A DNA stretch of 64,000 nt, taken from the NCBI GenBank assembly GCA_022813865.1, contig JALDZX010000022.1, positions 1-64,000 of the forward strand. The letters are read 5' to 3'. The DNA is from Xylographa opegraphella (Eukaryota). This document shows, piece after piece, positions 26,002-37,325 of the stretch (within the stretch, counting starts at the first letter, position 1; each line of letters begins with the position of its first letter). The position numbers and the translations under genes are program-made. The notes under the pieces are model-generated. The model had not been told where the DNA came from. It was given only the letters and a program-made list of their open reading frames with translations, and searched no databases.

Positions 26002-28398
26002 CGTGACGGGTGGTCACTGGCGGACTACTGTTTGCGTAGCTTAGCCTGGCATAGTGACCACGATCGGTAGCTGCTTCGCTTCTGGGGGATTTCCTCACAG
26101 GTCCGACAAAGGAAGCGAGTCTTACGATGGCACACTCTTGTCGCCTCCTGTAAGAATCAGGCTGGGGATATTTCCAGAGCTGAGGCTTGAGCTCAAATAG
26201 CAATGCACTCATGTGCGAGTGAGGAATAACGCAGCAGACAGAATCAAGTCGTGTAACCAGGAAGGGGAACAACAAAAGAAAATCATGTGTAAAATGTATC
26301 AAGCTTTCCTCAAGATTGGCATTGCTATCAAACGACAGCCGGCATCGTCCGAGACTATGCGTGTCTGAGGCACGGCCTGTGATCAAGAGTCATCTCATTA
26401 TCATTGATGAGGAATTCGGGGAAGCCCAAAGTCAGGGGCGCGAGGCAGACTGCTGAATCTGGGCTGAAAGTGTCTGGCGCTTGACAGTCTAGAACAGCCT
26501 CCGAGCGCTTGGCGCAAGCCATCTGGCGTCTCCGCCAAACGTGCCTCTGTATAAGTGGTGGATCGAGAGATGCTCTGGCAACCGTAATAGAGAAATACAG
26601 CTGGCCACAGCTGGCCGCAGTCGTGAGGGTGAGAAACAAGAAGTGTCCGGCTCGATCACGATGACCCAGGATCGAGAGAGGTCGTGAAAGGATTATTTGA
26701 CGTTTGGTTAGGCTCGTCCTAGTGGGGCCGACCTCCAAAACTTCGTAGTAACCGGCTAATATTGGGGACCGAGCCGCCTACCTAGCCTGGAGACTTAAGA
26801 GCCTCCTCCCCTGACACAATATTCCCGACACAATACTAATGTCCGAACTCCTATTTCTTTCGCCATCCGTGTGTCCAAATTTACGTAGTACTTTCGGATT
26901 TCAGTAGTCTCAACGTCTACTTAGTACCAAGGCACTAAGTTATCATTGCTAGCTCGAGCCTTTGAGCGACAGAGAAACCTGAAAAGCTACATAAAAGTGA
27001 CTTTTTGGGGAGTTGCATTGTATCACCGCGAGCCGAGCTACCTCGCTGACAGGTACCTTACTTTACTGCTCAAGTCGCGAAAAAAAAAATATGGATAGTT
27101 GGAAACTGATCAGCAGGAAGAGGACATGAACTGCGAGTTGTCCACTGAGCTCACCTCGCTGTTCCACATTACTGAACAGAAGTCACTGGAATTTTTTCAA
27201 ATGGAAGGGTCTCCTGTCACAGATACAGTATTGAAAGTTGAGGAGCAACTGTCAGGTCTTCAGCCGCCGAGTATACCTCGGTGCTACTCAACGACGAGGA
27301 AAAGCAATATTTCAGGCAGTTGGACACCGAAGATATGATACACCATTGGGATTCTGTAGCAAGATTTATCACCATCGGTAAGCTTTTTACGGCAGAGAAT
27401 GTTTGAACCAGCTCCGGTTTTGGAGATATCAAGTTGAAGTTGCAAGCGGATCGAGAATGAGTTATAGAACAAGGGCCTGTGCTTTAACATCTGCCCCCGT
27501 CGCAAGATGAACCAATCAAAATGCATTTCTGCAATAGCTAAGGCCAGAGCATAATGGACAGGTAGGTATCCGGAGGAGCACCTTACGTTTGAAAGATGCT
27601 CTCAATACTCCCCTATCATCAGCTTTAAGGCGGGGACTTTGGAGGCGGCCTTGATCCAACTATATTGGATGCACGCAGAGAAGCGGTGGTTCTAGTGGCA
27701 GTGCTCCGTGAGCTTGGGTGCGCAAAGTTAGTGACAGATCTGCGTTGGAGAGCGCATTGGCAAAGCGAGAAGGGTGTCTATTCAGATAACTTGGCATCTT
27801 GAGCAACTTCCAAGGGAAACGTGCAACACCCTCTAGCAAGCTTGTCGATGTTGAGTATGAAGCTTGCGATTCAGCAGGAAATGAAGGAGTAAACTTCTAG
27901 GAGAAGGGCTTGAAAAAGAACTTAAGGGGTCAGGGCCTCACGGATAAGAATCACTGGTAGTGGGTCATGGGTTTCGTAGGATGTGCGTTCAGAGGTGGCC
28001 ATTGTGACTGACTCTCTGTAAGATCCTGGAAACCAGCGGATGACCCTACCATACCCTGTAGATCTTCGGTTGGTGGAAGTTCAAGCAAGCTTCTTACATA
28101 TGGTCCTTCAACTCCAGATATGCGCTCATAAAGTGTGCCTCACGCTCGATATCTATTACATCTGCCCTCACACATACAACTCTCTTTCTGTAGAAGAAAA
28201 AACGATTCCTGCGTACGGAAGTCATCGAGACAAAATCGAGCCACAGTGGAAGTCGCGATACAATCAATGTACTGTTATGTAAGATACTACACGCTCCTTT
28301 GAACGGAGAAAGCATATCGATGGCGGAGCGGAAACCATGACCGGCATATCGGATGTTCCGACGAGGCTTGGCATTAGCTCCTAACCACTCTCGCGGTT

Positions 28399-28460
28399 AA
28401 AAAAAAGCGAGACGTACTAACCACATTAGAACACTAATGCAGCAACGCAATATCGATTAT
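28399..28460 (+). mobile_element. Left end of a second copy of the TIR element, cut off by the assembly gap
   Basis: 28400-28460 is identical to 30287-30347 (A7-GCGAGACGTACTAACCACATTAGAACACTAATGCAGCAACGCAATATCGATTAT). Confidence 0.8.
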
Positions 28461-28462
28461 TT

Positions 28463-28512
28463 NNNNNNNNNNNNNNNNNNNNNNNNNNNNNNNNNNNNNN
28501 NNNNNNNNNNNN
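28463..28512. other. Assembly gap (N run)
   Basis: Run of n characters. Confidence 1.
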
Positions 28513-28795
28513 CTGGGTTGAAATCGTCCACCTAAAGCTTACGTTCTAGGCGTGCTTGTGTGATGAGTTGATGAGCTGTAACAAAAATGTTGAAATATTT
28601 TCAACTTTATGAACATTAAAATTCAATTCTGTGAGTTTTATATAATAAATTTGCGTTTTCAAAGTATAAATTTATTTTATATTTCAATTAAAATATTATA
28701 TATGCAAGGTTAATTAAACTTCCATTCTCCGTCCTTTGTATTTACATACAAAATAATTTAAACATTTTTGGCTAAAGCTAACAAACTCATTGATT

Positions 28796-30135
28796 TCAAG
28801 TTTTAACAATTGAAGCCGGCTGTGCTTGTGTTTGAAATACTGCTTTCGATGCAGCTTTCGCGGCCTTGATATTCTTCACTATTTGTTCGTATCGTGCCCA
28901 TTCCTCTTTCTCATCATCGTTGAGCATGCCGCCAGGAAAAAATGTTTCTCGCATACTAAAGCCGAGCCCAGGGTGCGCCTTCTCGACCTCATATAGTGTA
29001 TTCATCACCTTGGGCATCCCAATGACGCCCTGGTAGTGGAGTGGCAAGCCAAAAGCTTCGGGTTTCCGGTGCCAGCCCGCAACGAAGATGTTTTGAACTA
29101 TGCCAATACCTCCGACGCCAAGAAGAAACCAGGTGTTTTTCTTAATGCCTGATGCAGATATAAGCAGCAAAACCCAGAACACTGCAAGTACTCCAATGAG
29201 GATGCGGGAAGAACACGAAGTATAGACATCGACATTGTCCTGGCCTACTGCTAGAGTTTCTAGATCAAGACCTATCCCGTCGGAGTTGCTGATAACGATG
29301 GCATGCTGGGCACCGTTCCCGCGCGTCAATACCACGGTCTTACCATGGTCAGTTCGACATGCCCACTTTTCCTTCCGCCATTGAGAGAGCGAGCCAGATA
29401 CGAACGCCAGTCCAATGCCAGCGGCAGTGATGAGCAGGATCGACCAGTCTCCCCATATTCCACATGGAGCAGCCGCAATGCCAAGCTGAAGCAGAGCAAC
29501 AAAGAAGCCGCTGAGATACACCTTATCAGGGTAGATTGCGCCCTTGTTAGCCTGCCCGGCGCGATAGAAGGACACACAGAGCCCTGCCTGTGTGCGACGA
29601 GTTATGTTTACTTCTGAACCAGGCCTTTTCTTCTTGGCGCGTTCAAAGTCTGCTTGGTACCTCTCCTCAATCATCTCCTTGACTCGCACGCGTATCGCAT
29701 CATCCATCCAGTTCTCGTAATCTCTCATGATGCGTCCCAGTATCCAACTAGTATTGTCACGCACATAACTCGACTCGCCGTTGATGACCTTGCACGTGCA
29801 ATCCGGCAGCGGCATGAGTTTGTTCTCTCCAACGGCAGAGACGACGGCAGTGACGGCGAAGGCGACCCATCCTGTTATAATTCTGTCAGCGCACAATTTA
29901 GGAGCAACTGCCATTAGGGATTGAAATACAGACCAAATGAAAAAGTTACTGGCGTCAAGCCAGTGCCCGCCAGCTGGGCAAGCGCCTTTCTCACAACATC
30001 GCCTCCAAGAATCAGAAGAACTGAAAAAACATCACCTGGATACGTCCATTGCTCGAAAAACTCGCCAGACGGTATGCCTGGGTCAAACGACTCTCGACGG
30101 AGGAGCGTCTTAATTGTTGTCAATAGTGGAGCCAT
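28796..30135 (-). CDS. Uncharacterised fungal multi-pass membrane protein; exons 30135-29934, 29871-28796
   Basis: Two ORFs joined in frame by intron GTCTGT...GCTGAC...ACAG (FSFG|WVAFA). Several hydrophobic helices. Confidence 0.85.
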
Positions 30136-30280
30136 TTGGATTCAACACAGTTAGTGCTGTTATCAAAACGATCATATTTTGACGGGGGCTGCAGTAGCAG
30201 TAATGAAAATTACAGAAGTCGTGAGGGTATTGTTCTCCCTGCCTGATATATCAAGTTTTATTTTCGCAACAAGTCTGGCG

Positions 30281-30715
30281 GGGGGGAAAAAAAGCGAGAC
30301 GTACTAACCACATTAGAACACTAATGCAGCAACGCAATATCGATTATGTACATATTATCTGCCCATATACCCTCTATTTATTATATTTTGAAGATGTTTA
30401 GGCTATTCTAGAATCTTTTTATTAATGTTTCTGGTTTCTGATAATTAAATGTGCGCGGACTGCATAATTTAAGCATGCGATATCCTGAAGCTCTGGAAAC
30501 CCCGGCCTCGCGAAAAAGGGATGTTTTGGAACGTAGAAAAGGGCATTTTTGTTATTATCAATTAGGGCAAGAACCCGCGCCTTTATAAGTGTATTAGAGT
30601 ATTGATATAAAGTCATTGGGAGGTAATTATAATGATTAAAGAATAATAAAGATAACGCGTTTGTATTATTATTGTGTTCTAATGTGGTTAGTACGTCTCG
30701 CTTTTTTTTTCCCCC
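30281..30715. mobile_element. Non-autonomous TIR element (MITE-like), about 435 bp
   Basis: Perfect 28-bp inverted core GCGAGACGTACTAACCACATTAGAACAC (30294-30321 / 30674-30701), extended by G5-6 A7-9 termini. AT-rich non-coding interior. GCG on both flanks. Confidence 0.85.
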
Positions 30716-31469
30716 GCGAGCAAGTGTATAAGTAGCGAAGCTAGCCCACCTCCCGAATATAAACTCGAGTATTTGACCGCAAATTTATACTGGGCCATAT
30801 ATTACGTGCTATATTTCACCGAGTCATTATGGAATAAATTCAACCCAAAAATAACCCAATCTAGAATGGATTGAGTTATTCACCCCAAATCTTAGTCCAA
30901 CTTAGCCCATATCGTAGTATTTTACGAATTGTTTTAATTGATAAAGATATCGTACCGGTAAAATATTGTCCAGCAAGAGGTTACTTTTAATTTTAATGAA
31001 CAGGGGACCTGTAAAATATTTTCAGTTAAACATAAAATATTAAAAAAACGAGAAGCTATTCTAGTGCGATAAACTCGAGATTACCCCGTCTTCTATCATT
31101 CAATATTAATTAATTTTAAATAACAATTTTGTATTTACAGTCGGCAATCGCTTTAAAGCGACCGTAATATTGTAAAGTAAATGCGTCGGGGTGTCGGATC
31201 ACCCCCGGTCAGGCGAGCTCGGGCACAGCGCAAGCTGAGCCCGTCGCGGTTGTCCACCCTTCCTTCTTTGCCATGACTCAACGACTCTCCTACCATCCTT
31301 GACCTCTCCCCATCACTTCCTTTGCGTCTTTCCTTTGTCTCCTGGGCGGCCCTCCGTGTCGAGCTCCTTTTCAATCCCATTCCGTAAACCTTCCTCCTTT
31401 CGCCTCGTTATCCTCGTCGTTCAACTCCACCATCCTTCCAGCCCCCCTATCGCCCCAGCACCTTTCGCA

Positions 31470-32733
31470 ATGGCAATCTACCCAAGCCGAAGCACCGGTC
31501 CTCGCGGCCCCAGCGCCCCTTCCCAAGAAACGCAGCCCATCAACATCGAGACCTGGACCGCAGAAGCAGCCCCTTCTCTGCGAGTCGTTAGTCTGGTGGA
31601 CCCGGCCAGCGTGCTCGGAGCCTCCGCGCCGCTCGCCATCCCCTTGGACGAGCATGCCAAAGCGTCCCATCGCTCCTCCGCCGTAGCAGGAGTCGACAAA
31701 AACAGTAACGAAGACGCCGATGGCTTGCCCACCACCCCCCACCGCAAGCTCCTCCGCCGCGACAGCCTCGACCGGCGCAACGCGCTCCTCAAGGGCAAAG
31801 AAGGCAGCCGCCGGCGTCAGAGATGGGAGAACGGTGCGTAGGCCCCTCTCCCACAGCACTCGATTGACGCCAGCTGCGCGACGGCCCCTTGCCCTACCAG
31901 CCCTTGCTTTCTTCATCGGAGCGACCCACGCGCTGCTAACACCGCCCTCCCTAAACAGACCACCTGCTCTCGAACCCGCACGCCGTCCCGCCCCTCCCCT
32001 TGGACTTCTCCCCGCACCCCACGCACCCCCACCGCTCCGTGCCCTACTTCCTCGCGCCCCTTTGGGACGTCTCGCGCGCCCAAGCCCCAGCCTCTAAGCC
32101 GACCACGCCCCACGACCCCAAAGCCCACATCCCCAGCACCCTCCGTGCGACGCTCAAGCGCGCCAAAGCCGCCAAGGGCCTCCTGCAAGACCTCGAGGAG
32201 TCCGTCCGCCACTTCGTCGCGGGCTGGGAGCGCAAGCAGGCCATCCTCAAGGCGCAGGGCCTCCACGACGTCGGCGACGACAGCGAGGACGAGGAGATCG
32301 TCTTCGTCGGCCGCGGCGGCGCCATGCTGGACGTGCCGGACTCGCCTCCGCGCGGCCGCAAGGGGCGGGAGGACGATGCGGAGAAGGAGGAGGAAGAGGA
32401 AGAAGAAGAGGTCCGGCGGGAGAAACTGGTGTTCGAGAGCGCGGCGGAGGACCGGGGCGCCAGTTTCGGGTGCGTGCTGCCCCTCCCGTCCGCTGTGCGC
32501 TTTCTACGATACGGAGGGAATTTGAGATGTACTGACCCGAGGGCAACAGGCGCTGGCTGGTGCATTCGATCGCGACGTACTACGATCTCAAGACGTGGTC
32601 CGTCACCGTGGGCGATCCGGCCCGGCGCGAGGCCTACGTCGGCATCAAGCTGCAGAGTGGCGGCCTGCCAGTGGGCGAGGGGAAGGCGATGGGCGAGGAG
32701 GGGCTGCCGAGGCCGCTGTGGGGGATGGTTTGA
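31470..32733 (+). CDS. R3H-associated N-terminal domain protein; exons 31470-31833, 31959-32469, 32550-32733
   Basis: LLRRDSLDRRNALLKGKEGSRRRQRWEN|DHLLSNPHA; C-terminal FG|RWLVHSIATYYDLKTWSVTVGDPARREAYVG. Two GTGCGT...CAG introns. Confidence 0.85.
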
Positions 32734-33482
32734 GACACGGGGTTGGGCTTTTCGCGTGAGGGAGGGGGGGGCGGGGGGGGGTCGGAGATCCGCTCGCTCG
32801 CTCTACCTTGGATACCGCTTCTCTCTCGTTTTCTCTTCGCTTTCGATTTCCGTTTTCCTCGTCCTTCCTTCGTTTGGCGGGCGCACCTGCGGGTGGGGGT
32901 AATGTGGTGGCAGGATGGGAGGCAGCATGACAGATAGCAGAAGTGCGATATTTGGGTGGTACATTCCTTTCCGTACAAAGCACATAGAGGAGACGAAGAG
33001 TCACGAGACATTTCATCACTGGGATTCGGATTATATAAACCACAACTTTGGATTGGTGATTGCTATGTAGCTATCAATGAACCAGCTCCTTCCCCTTACA
33101 TCCTATGCACAATCCTGTCCCGTCGCTTAGGACGCTCTCGCAGACGAACGGAAACAGTTAAAAAAGATGACGGCGATATGGTATCTATACTAGCAGCCGC
33201 GCGCATGTTTGCGCTCAAACAGGATAAGAAAACAAAAAAAAAACACAATGAAAATCTAGTGTACCCATCCTCCACGCAGCAGGACTGGAGGGCGGCGTGC
33301 CTTTGTCCTCTTTAAATGCCCGCTAATATGTGGCAGAGATGTCTCGTATGGCCGGGAAGCGCCCCGATGCACTCGTCGTAGCCTCTTGCTTGTGGTTCAT
33401 TAACTCACAAGCCCTTTTTCAGCAAATCCAAATGCCACCCATGCGTATGTTACAAGCAGAATATCACCGACTCGTCAATTAC

Positions 33483-36400
33483 TCAATTCCAACCTAGAGA
33501 GTTTTCTGCCATTACTGGAGCGCTGATGTTTTGTCGTCCAGAGCTGCCGCCGCTTCGACCGCTGCCTCTCGAGTCGCGCCCGCTGTAGCCATATGTGTCA
33601 TAATCGCCGCCGCTGTAGCCTCTTGCTCCACTCATTAGTGCCGTACCGGCACCGCTCCTGATCTCTCCATGGCTTTGCGACATACTCGATGTGTCAATCA
33701 GAGAGGGCGATCTGCGGTGAATTGAATTCCTCTTCCGGTATCTCTTGGCAACGAAGAACATTGCGGCACCGTAGAGCGCAGCGCCAGCAACAACCCCAAC
33801 ACCAATACCAACAGAAGCAGCTTTCACAGAACTCGAGTTGTCAGTACCCGCTCCTATTGGCGCGCCCTCGGTAACGACGGCACTGGCGGCGGATGTGGGC
33901 GAGCCAGTATTGCTTCCAGGATTAGCACCACCGAGATCACCACCAGCAAGAATCGGGAAGGAAGGATTGATCATGCTGACGAGAGTATTGACACTGTCGT
34001 TAGGGTTGTCGTACAGTGCACTGGTAGGCGTATGGATGTCAAGACTCAGATCATTGACGAAACTGGAAGGAATATATGCCATAGCTAGAGTCGTGACATA
34101 ACCTAGTGTAGCCGTTGTATCATATGGTTGAAGAGTCTGCATCGTGATGCTTGATACGTCGAGGCCAAGACCATATGCTAATCCCATGGGTAGATACGTG
34201 AACAGCTGATCTATTGATTTATAGTTTGAAACCACAAACTCGTAATTCAAGGGGAACAGAAAGCCGACCTGGACGAGAGTCGTGTTGTCCGGCTGTTGTG
34301 GGATTATACCACTAGGTGGGGCGACGACACGGGGCAACGCTGATGGAATCCCAGTAGGAGCGTTGGAAGCCGTGGAAGGCACGGGACTCGAGGCGGTCGG
34401 ATCGATAAATATGCTGGTAGGTAAGTACTGCGATGTAAGAGCATCTGATCCAGTAGGCACAAGGCTTGTTGGACCAGTAGTAGCAAATGAGACAACAGGA
34501 CTGATAGTGCTTGGGGCTGCGCTCTCAGATGCACTGCCGGAGACGACAGGCAATGCAGTGCCTGTGAGGGAACTCGTAAAAGTTGTCCCTGAGGCAGTGA
34601 TCACGGTTACATCAGATAAAGCTGATACAGATTCAGACGGAGACGAGCCGTTTGTGGTACTTGTCGCACTTGGCGGCACTCCGGTATCAGTGAGTGTACC
34701 AGAAATCTGTGAACCAGAGACCGTCGATGCTTGAGACACACTGCTTATAGCAGTCCCTCCAGAGATAGATCCCGAAGCGGTTGAAACCGGAACAGATACA
34801 ACTCCTGAGCTCAACGAGCTACTCCCACCAGTTATAGAAGCTCCCGGCAGGGTAGATCCGAAAGTATTGGTAGTAGAGGCGGGTAGGGCACTTATTAATG
34901 AAGAGCCAGTGACCCCACTAACGGTGCCGGTAGTGGCTGTTACGGAACCGGTGGGTGAGACTCCGATCGTGGAGATAGATGCACTCGCAGAAAGTATGAA
35001 GGACAGACTCACTGCAGTATCTGTCGATACAAGAGTGCCAGTCAGGAGGGTTCCAGAGGTCGTGATTGGTGGTATCACTACAGGGAGCGATACAGTTGAA
35101 CTTGCCACAAACGTGTCGGTAGGTATCGAGATCAGGGTCTCTGTTGGAGAAGATGTAGAAATTGGGATAATTTCAGTACCTGTATTAGTTGGCGACGATA
35201 CAGGAACAGGAAGTACCGAAACAGTTGTCGGCGCTGAACTCGGGATAGAAATTGTTTCTGTCCCAGTAGAAATATCAGTCGGCGTGAGAGTTGGAACTAT
35301 TGGTATCACGGTGGTGTCTGTTGGTGTAGGTAGTGGGAGTGACACAACAGGGGATGTTCCAGTCGGAGCAGAGATTGGCAGTGATACTATTATAGAGGTA
35401 TCTGTCGGGGCCGAAAGTGGGAGAGACACAACCACCGAAGTGTCGGTCGGGGCAGAGATAGGTAGTGATAAAACCACAGAAGTATCAGTCGGTGCGGAAA
35501 CTGGAGATATCACCACAGAAGTCCCAGTCGGTGCGGAAACCGGAAGGGATACTACTATAGAAGTTCCAGTGGGAGCAGAGACAGGAAGCGATATGACCAC
35601 AGACGTGTCAGTCGGAGCGGAGATTGGAAGCGATAGGACCACAGAAGTGTCCGTCGGAGCGGAGATCGGAAGCGAAAGGACCACGGAAGTGCCAGTTGGA
35701 GCTGAGATTGGAAGTGATATAACTAATGAGGTATCTGTAGACGCAGAACTTGGAGGTGGTATTAACGTGTCAGTTGGCGAAGAGCTTGGAATAGGTGCAG
35801 CTGTGGTGTCAGTCGGTGCAGAAATCGGAACCGGCACGACCGTATCTGTCTCCGTGGCAGTTGGGATGGGACTCGGTACCGGCGAGAGTGGAGTGTTAGT
35901 AGGCGCAGAAGTTGGGCTTGGTGTAGCCGTCTCCGTCGGAGCAGAGATTGGAACGGGCACCACAGTATCTGTTTCTGTGAGCGTTGGTAATGGCGCAGAA
36001 ACAGGAGCTGTTCCAGTAGGAAGCGGAGCAACAATGGACGACAATATCGACTGGATTATTGATGATAGTACCGAAGGAACTGCAGTTGGAAGATCCGTTG
36101 ACAAAGGAACCACCGAGGATATAGGCAGCGGTAATACTGTGTCGGTTTGCTGAGCACTCGTTGCATCGGAAGAAGCAGAGACAGGGACTACAGTCGGGAC
36201 AGAGCCTAGAGTTACCGAATCTGTGGTTGGAATACTCGCGGGAACCACTGAGGGGAAGATTGTCCCTGTAGATGTTCCACTAGGCGCAGCTGAAGCTGGC
36301 ACAGTGGGCGGGACACTTTGAGAAACCGATACACTATTCGATGGTTGAGACGAAGGAACAGCAGTATCAGTCGGGGGAGGCGGGGTAGGCGTATCTGGAG

Positions 36401-37196
36401 GTGTGTCCGAGGGTAATACTGTAGGTGTGGGTGTGTCCGAAGGGAGTACTGTAGGTGTTGGAGTGTCCGACGGGAGTACTGTAGGTATCACTGTGTCTGA
36501 GGATATTACTGTAGGTATCGCTGTGTCTGAGGGTAGTACTGAAGGTGTCGCTGTGTCTGAGGTTAGTACTGTAGGTATTGATGTATCCGTAGGTGTATCT
36601 GTTGGTAAAGGAGGAGCTACTGTAGGAGTCTCCGAAGGTTGAGCCGTGGGTGTAGGTGTAGATGTATCCGTAGGAGTGTCTGTTGGCAAAACTGTAGGTG
36701 TAGGACTGTCGGTCGATACATCTGTAGGCGTAGGTGTGTCCGTAGGGGTCTCCGTTGGCGGGGGAGGAGGAGAAATGGTTGGAGTGTCCGTTGGTACATC
36801 TGTAGGAAGACCTGGCGAGGAAAGCGGACTGGAAGTCGGTAATATATCTGAAGATTGCAAGGACTCCGTCGTATCGGAGATACTTGATACCAAACTGCTG
36901 AAGAGACTTTCGAGAGATGATGTATCTCGCCGCGAAGCCAGTGATGAATCTGGTTGATCTGCGGTTGTCACCGTATCAGGCAATGTTGCGGGAACGGAAG
37001 TCGGTGTCTCTGCAGGCGTTGATGCTGGTGTCGTAGTGTTTGAGAACACTTGACGCTTGACATGCCGGGGGAAGTAGTGCCTACGCTCCAGAGCCGTTTC
37101 CCGTGGTTGCGGAGGTACATTGAAACCGCATACTGGACCAAGGACAGACACAAACGCAAACGACGCCACGAGAGCATTTGGAGTGGTTCGGACCAT
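33483..37196 (-). CDS. MSB2: Signalling mucin, Msb2/Hkr1 type
   Basis: Signal peptide, long S/T/P-rich repeats, juxtamembrane VQVGFLFPLNYEFVV domain, one TM helix, and cytoplasmic tail ending ISAPVMAENSLGWN. Confidence 0.92.
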   Translation of the reverse strand: MVRTTPNALVASFAFVSVLGPVCGFNVPPQPRETALERRHYFPRHVKRQVFSNTTTPASTPAETPTSVPATLPDTVTTADQPDSSLASRRDTSSLESLFSSLVSSISDTTESLQSSDILPTSSPLSSPGLPTDVPTDTPTISPPPPPTETPTDTPTPTDVSTDSPTPTVLPTDTPTDTSTPTPTAQPSETPTVAPPLPTDTPTDTSIPTVLTSDTATPSVLPSDTAIPTVISSDTVIPTVLPSDTPTPTVLPSDTPTPTVLPSDTPPDTPTPPPPTDTAVPSSQPSNSVSVSQSVPPTVPASAAPSGTSTGTIFPSVVPASIPTTDSVTLGSVPTVVPVSASSDATSAQQTDTVLPLPISSVVPLSTDLPTAVPSVLSSIIQSILSSIVAPLPTGTAPVSAPLPTLTETDTVVPVPISAPTETATPSPTSAPTNTPLSPVPSPIPTATETDTVVPVPISAPTDTTAAPIPSSSPTDTLIPPPSSASTDTSLVISLPISAPTGTSVVLSLPISAPTDTSVVLSLPISAPTDTSVVISLPVSAPTGTSIVVSLPVSAPTGTSVVISPVSAPTDTSVVLSLPISAPTDTSVVVSLPLSAPTDTSIIVSLPISAPTGTSPVVSLPLPTPTDTTVIPIVPTLTPTDISTGTETISIPSSAPTTVSVLPVPVSSPTNTGTEIIPISTSSPTETLISIPTDTFVASSTVSLPVVIPPITTSGTLLTGTLVSTDTAVSLSFILSASASISTIGVSPTGSVTATTGTVSGVTGSSLISALPASTTNTFGSTLPGASITGGSSSLSSGVVSVPVSTASGSISGGTAISSVSQASTVSGSQISGTLTDTGVPPSATSTTNGSSPSESVSALSDVTVITASGTTFTSSLTGTALPVVSGSASESAAPSTISPVVSFATTGPTSLVPTGSDALTSQYLPTSIFIDPTASSPVPSTASNAPTGIPSALPRVVAPPSGIIPQQPDNTTLVQVGFLFPLNYEFVVSNYKSIDQLFTYLPMGLAYGLGLDVSSITMQTLQPYDTTATLGYVTTLAMAYIPSSFVNDLSLDIHTPTSALYDNPNDSVNTLVSMINPSFPILAGGDLGGANPGSNTGSPTSAASAVVTEGAPIGAGTDNSSSVKAASVGIGVGVVAGAALYGAAMFFVAKRYRKRNSIHRRSPSLIDTSSMSQSHGEIRSGAGTALMSGARGYSGGDYDTYGYSGRDSRGSGRSGGSSGRQNISAPVMAENSLGWN
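35330..35730 (-). repeat. Degenerate 39-bp (13-aa, SLPISAPTDTSVV-like) coding tandem repeats in MSB2
   Basis: About ten copies visible in the translation; synonymous positions have diverged. Confidence 0.85.
36380..36600 (-). repeat. 30-bp (10-aa, PTVLPSDTPT-like) coding tandem repeats in MSB2
   Basis: Repeating gtgtc(c/t)ga...tactgtaggt units on the + strand. Confidence 0.85.
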
Positions 37197-37267
37197 TTCG
37201 GAAGACTTTGTATATATATGGATACAGTAATTAAAGATAGTTGGTTTTGTAGAACGAGCGGTTCAAC

Positions 37268-37325
37268 CTAAGTGCAATCAATCAGCTTAAGATCTTGAAA
37301 ATGCGGACTAACCCATTATACTTAC
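37268..37325 (-). other. Probable 5'-UTR intron of MSB2 (58 nt)
   Basis: Minus strand GTAAGT...GCTGAT...TTAG, ending about 70 nt upstream of the ATG. Confidence 0.6.

Noticed and set aside
34867..36153. 428-aa + strand ORF
   Set aside because: Antisense shadow of the repetitive S/T/P-rich MSB2 coding sequence.
35330..36600. Regularly spaced repeats resembling a CRISPR array
   Set aside because: These are coding tandem repeats without unique spacers, in a eukaryotic gene.
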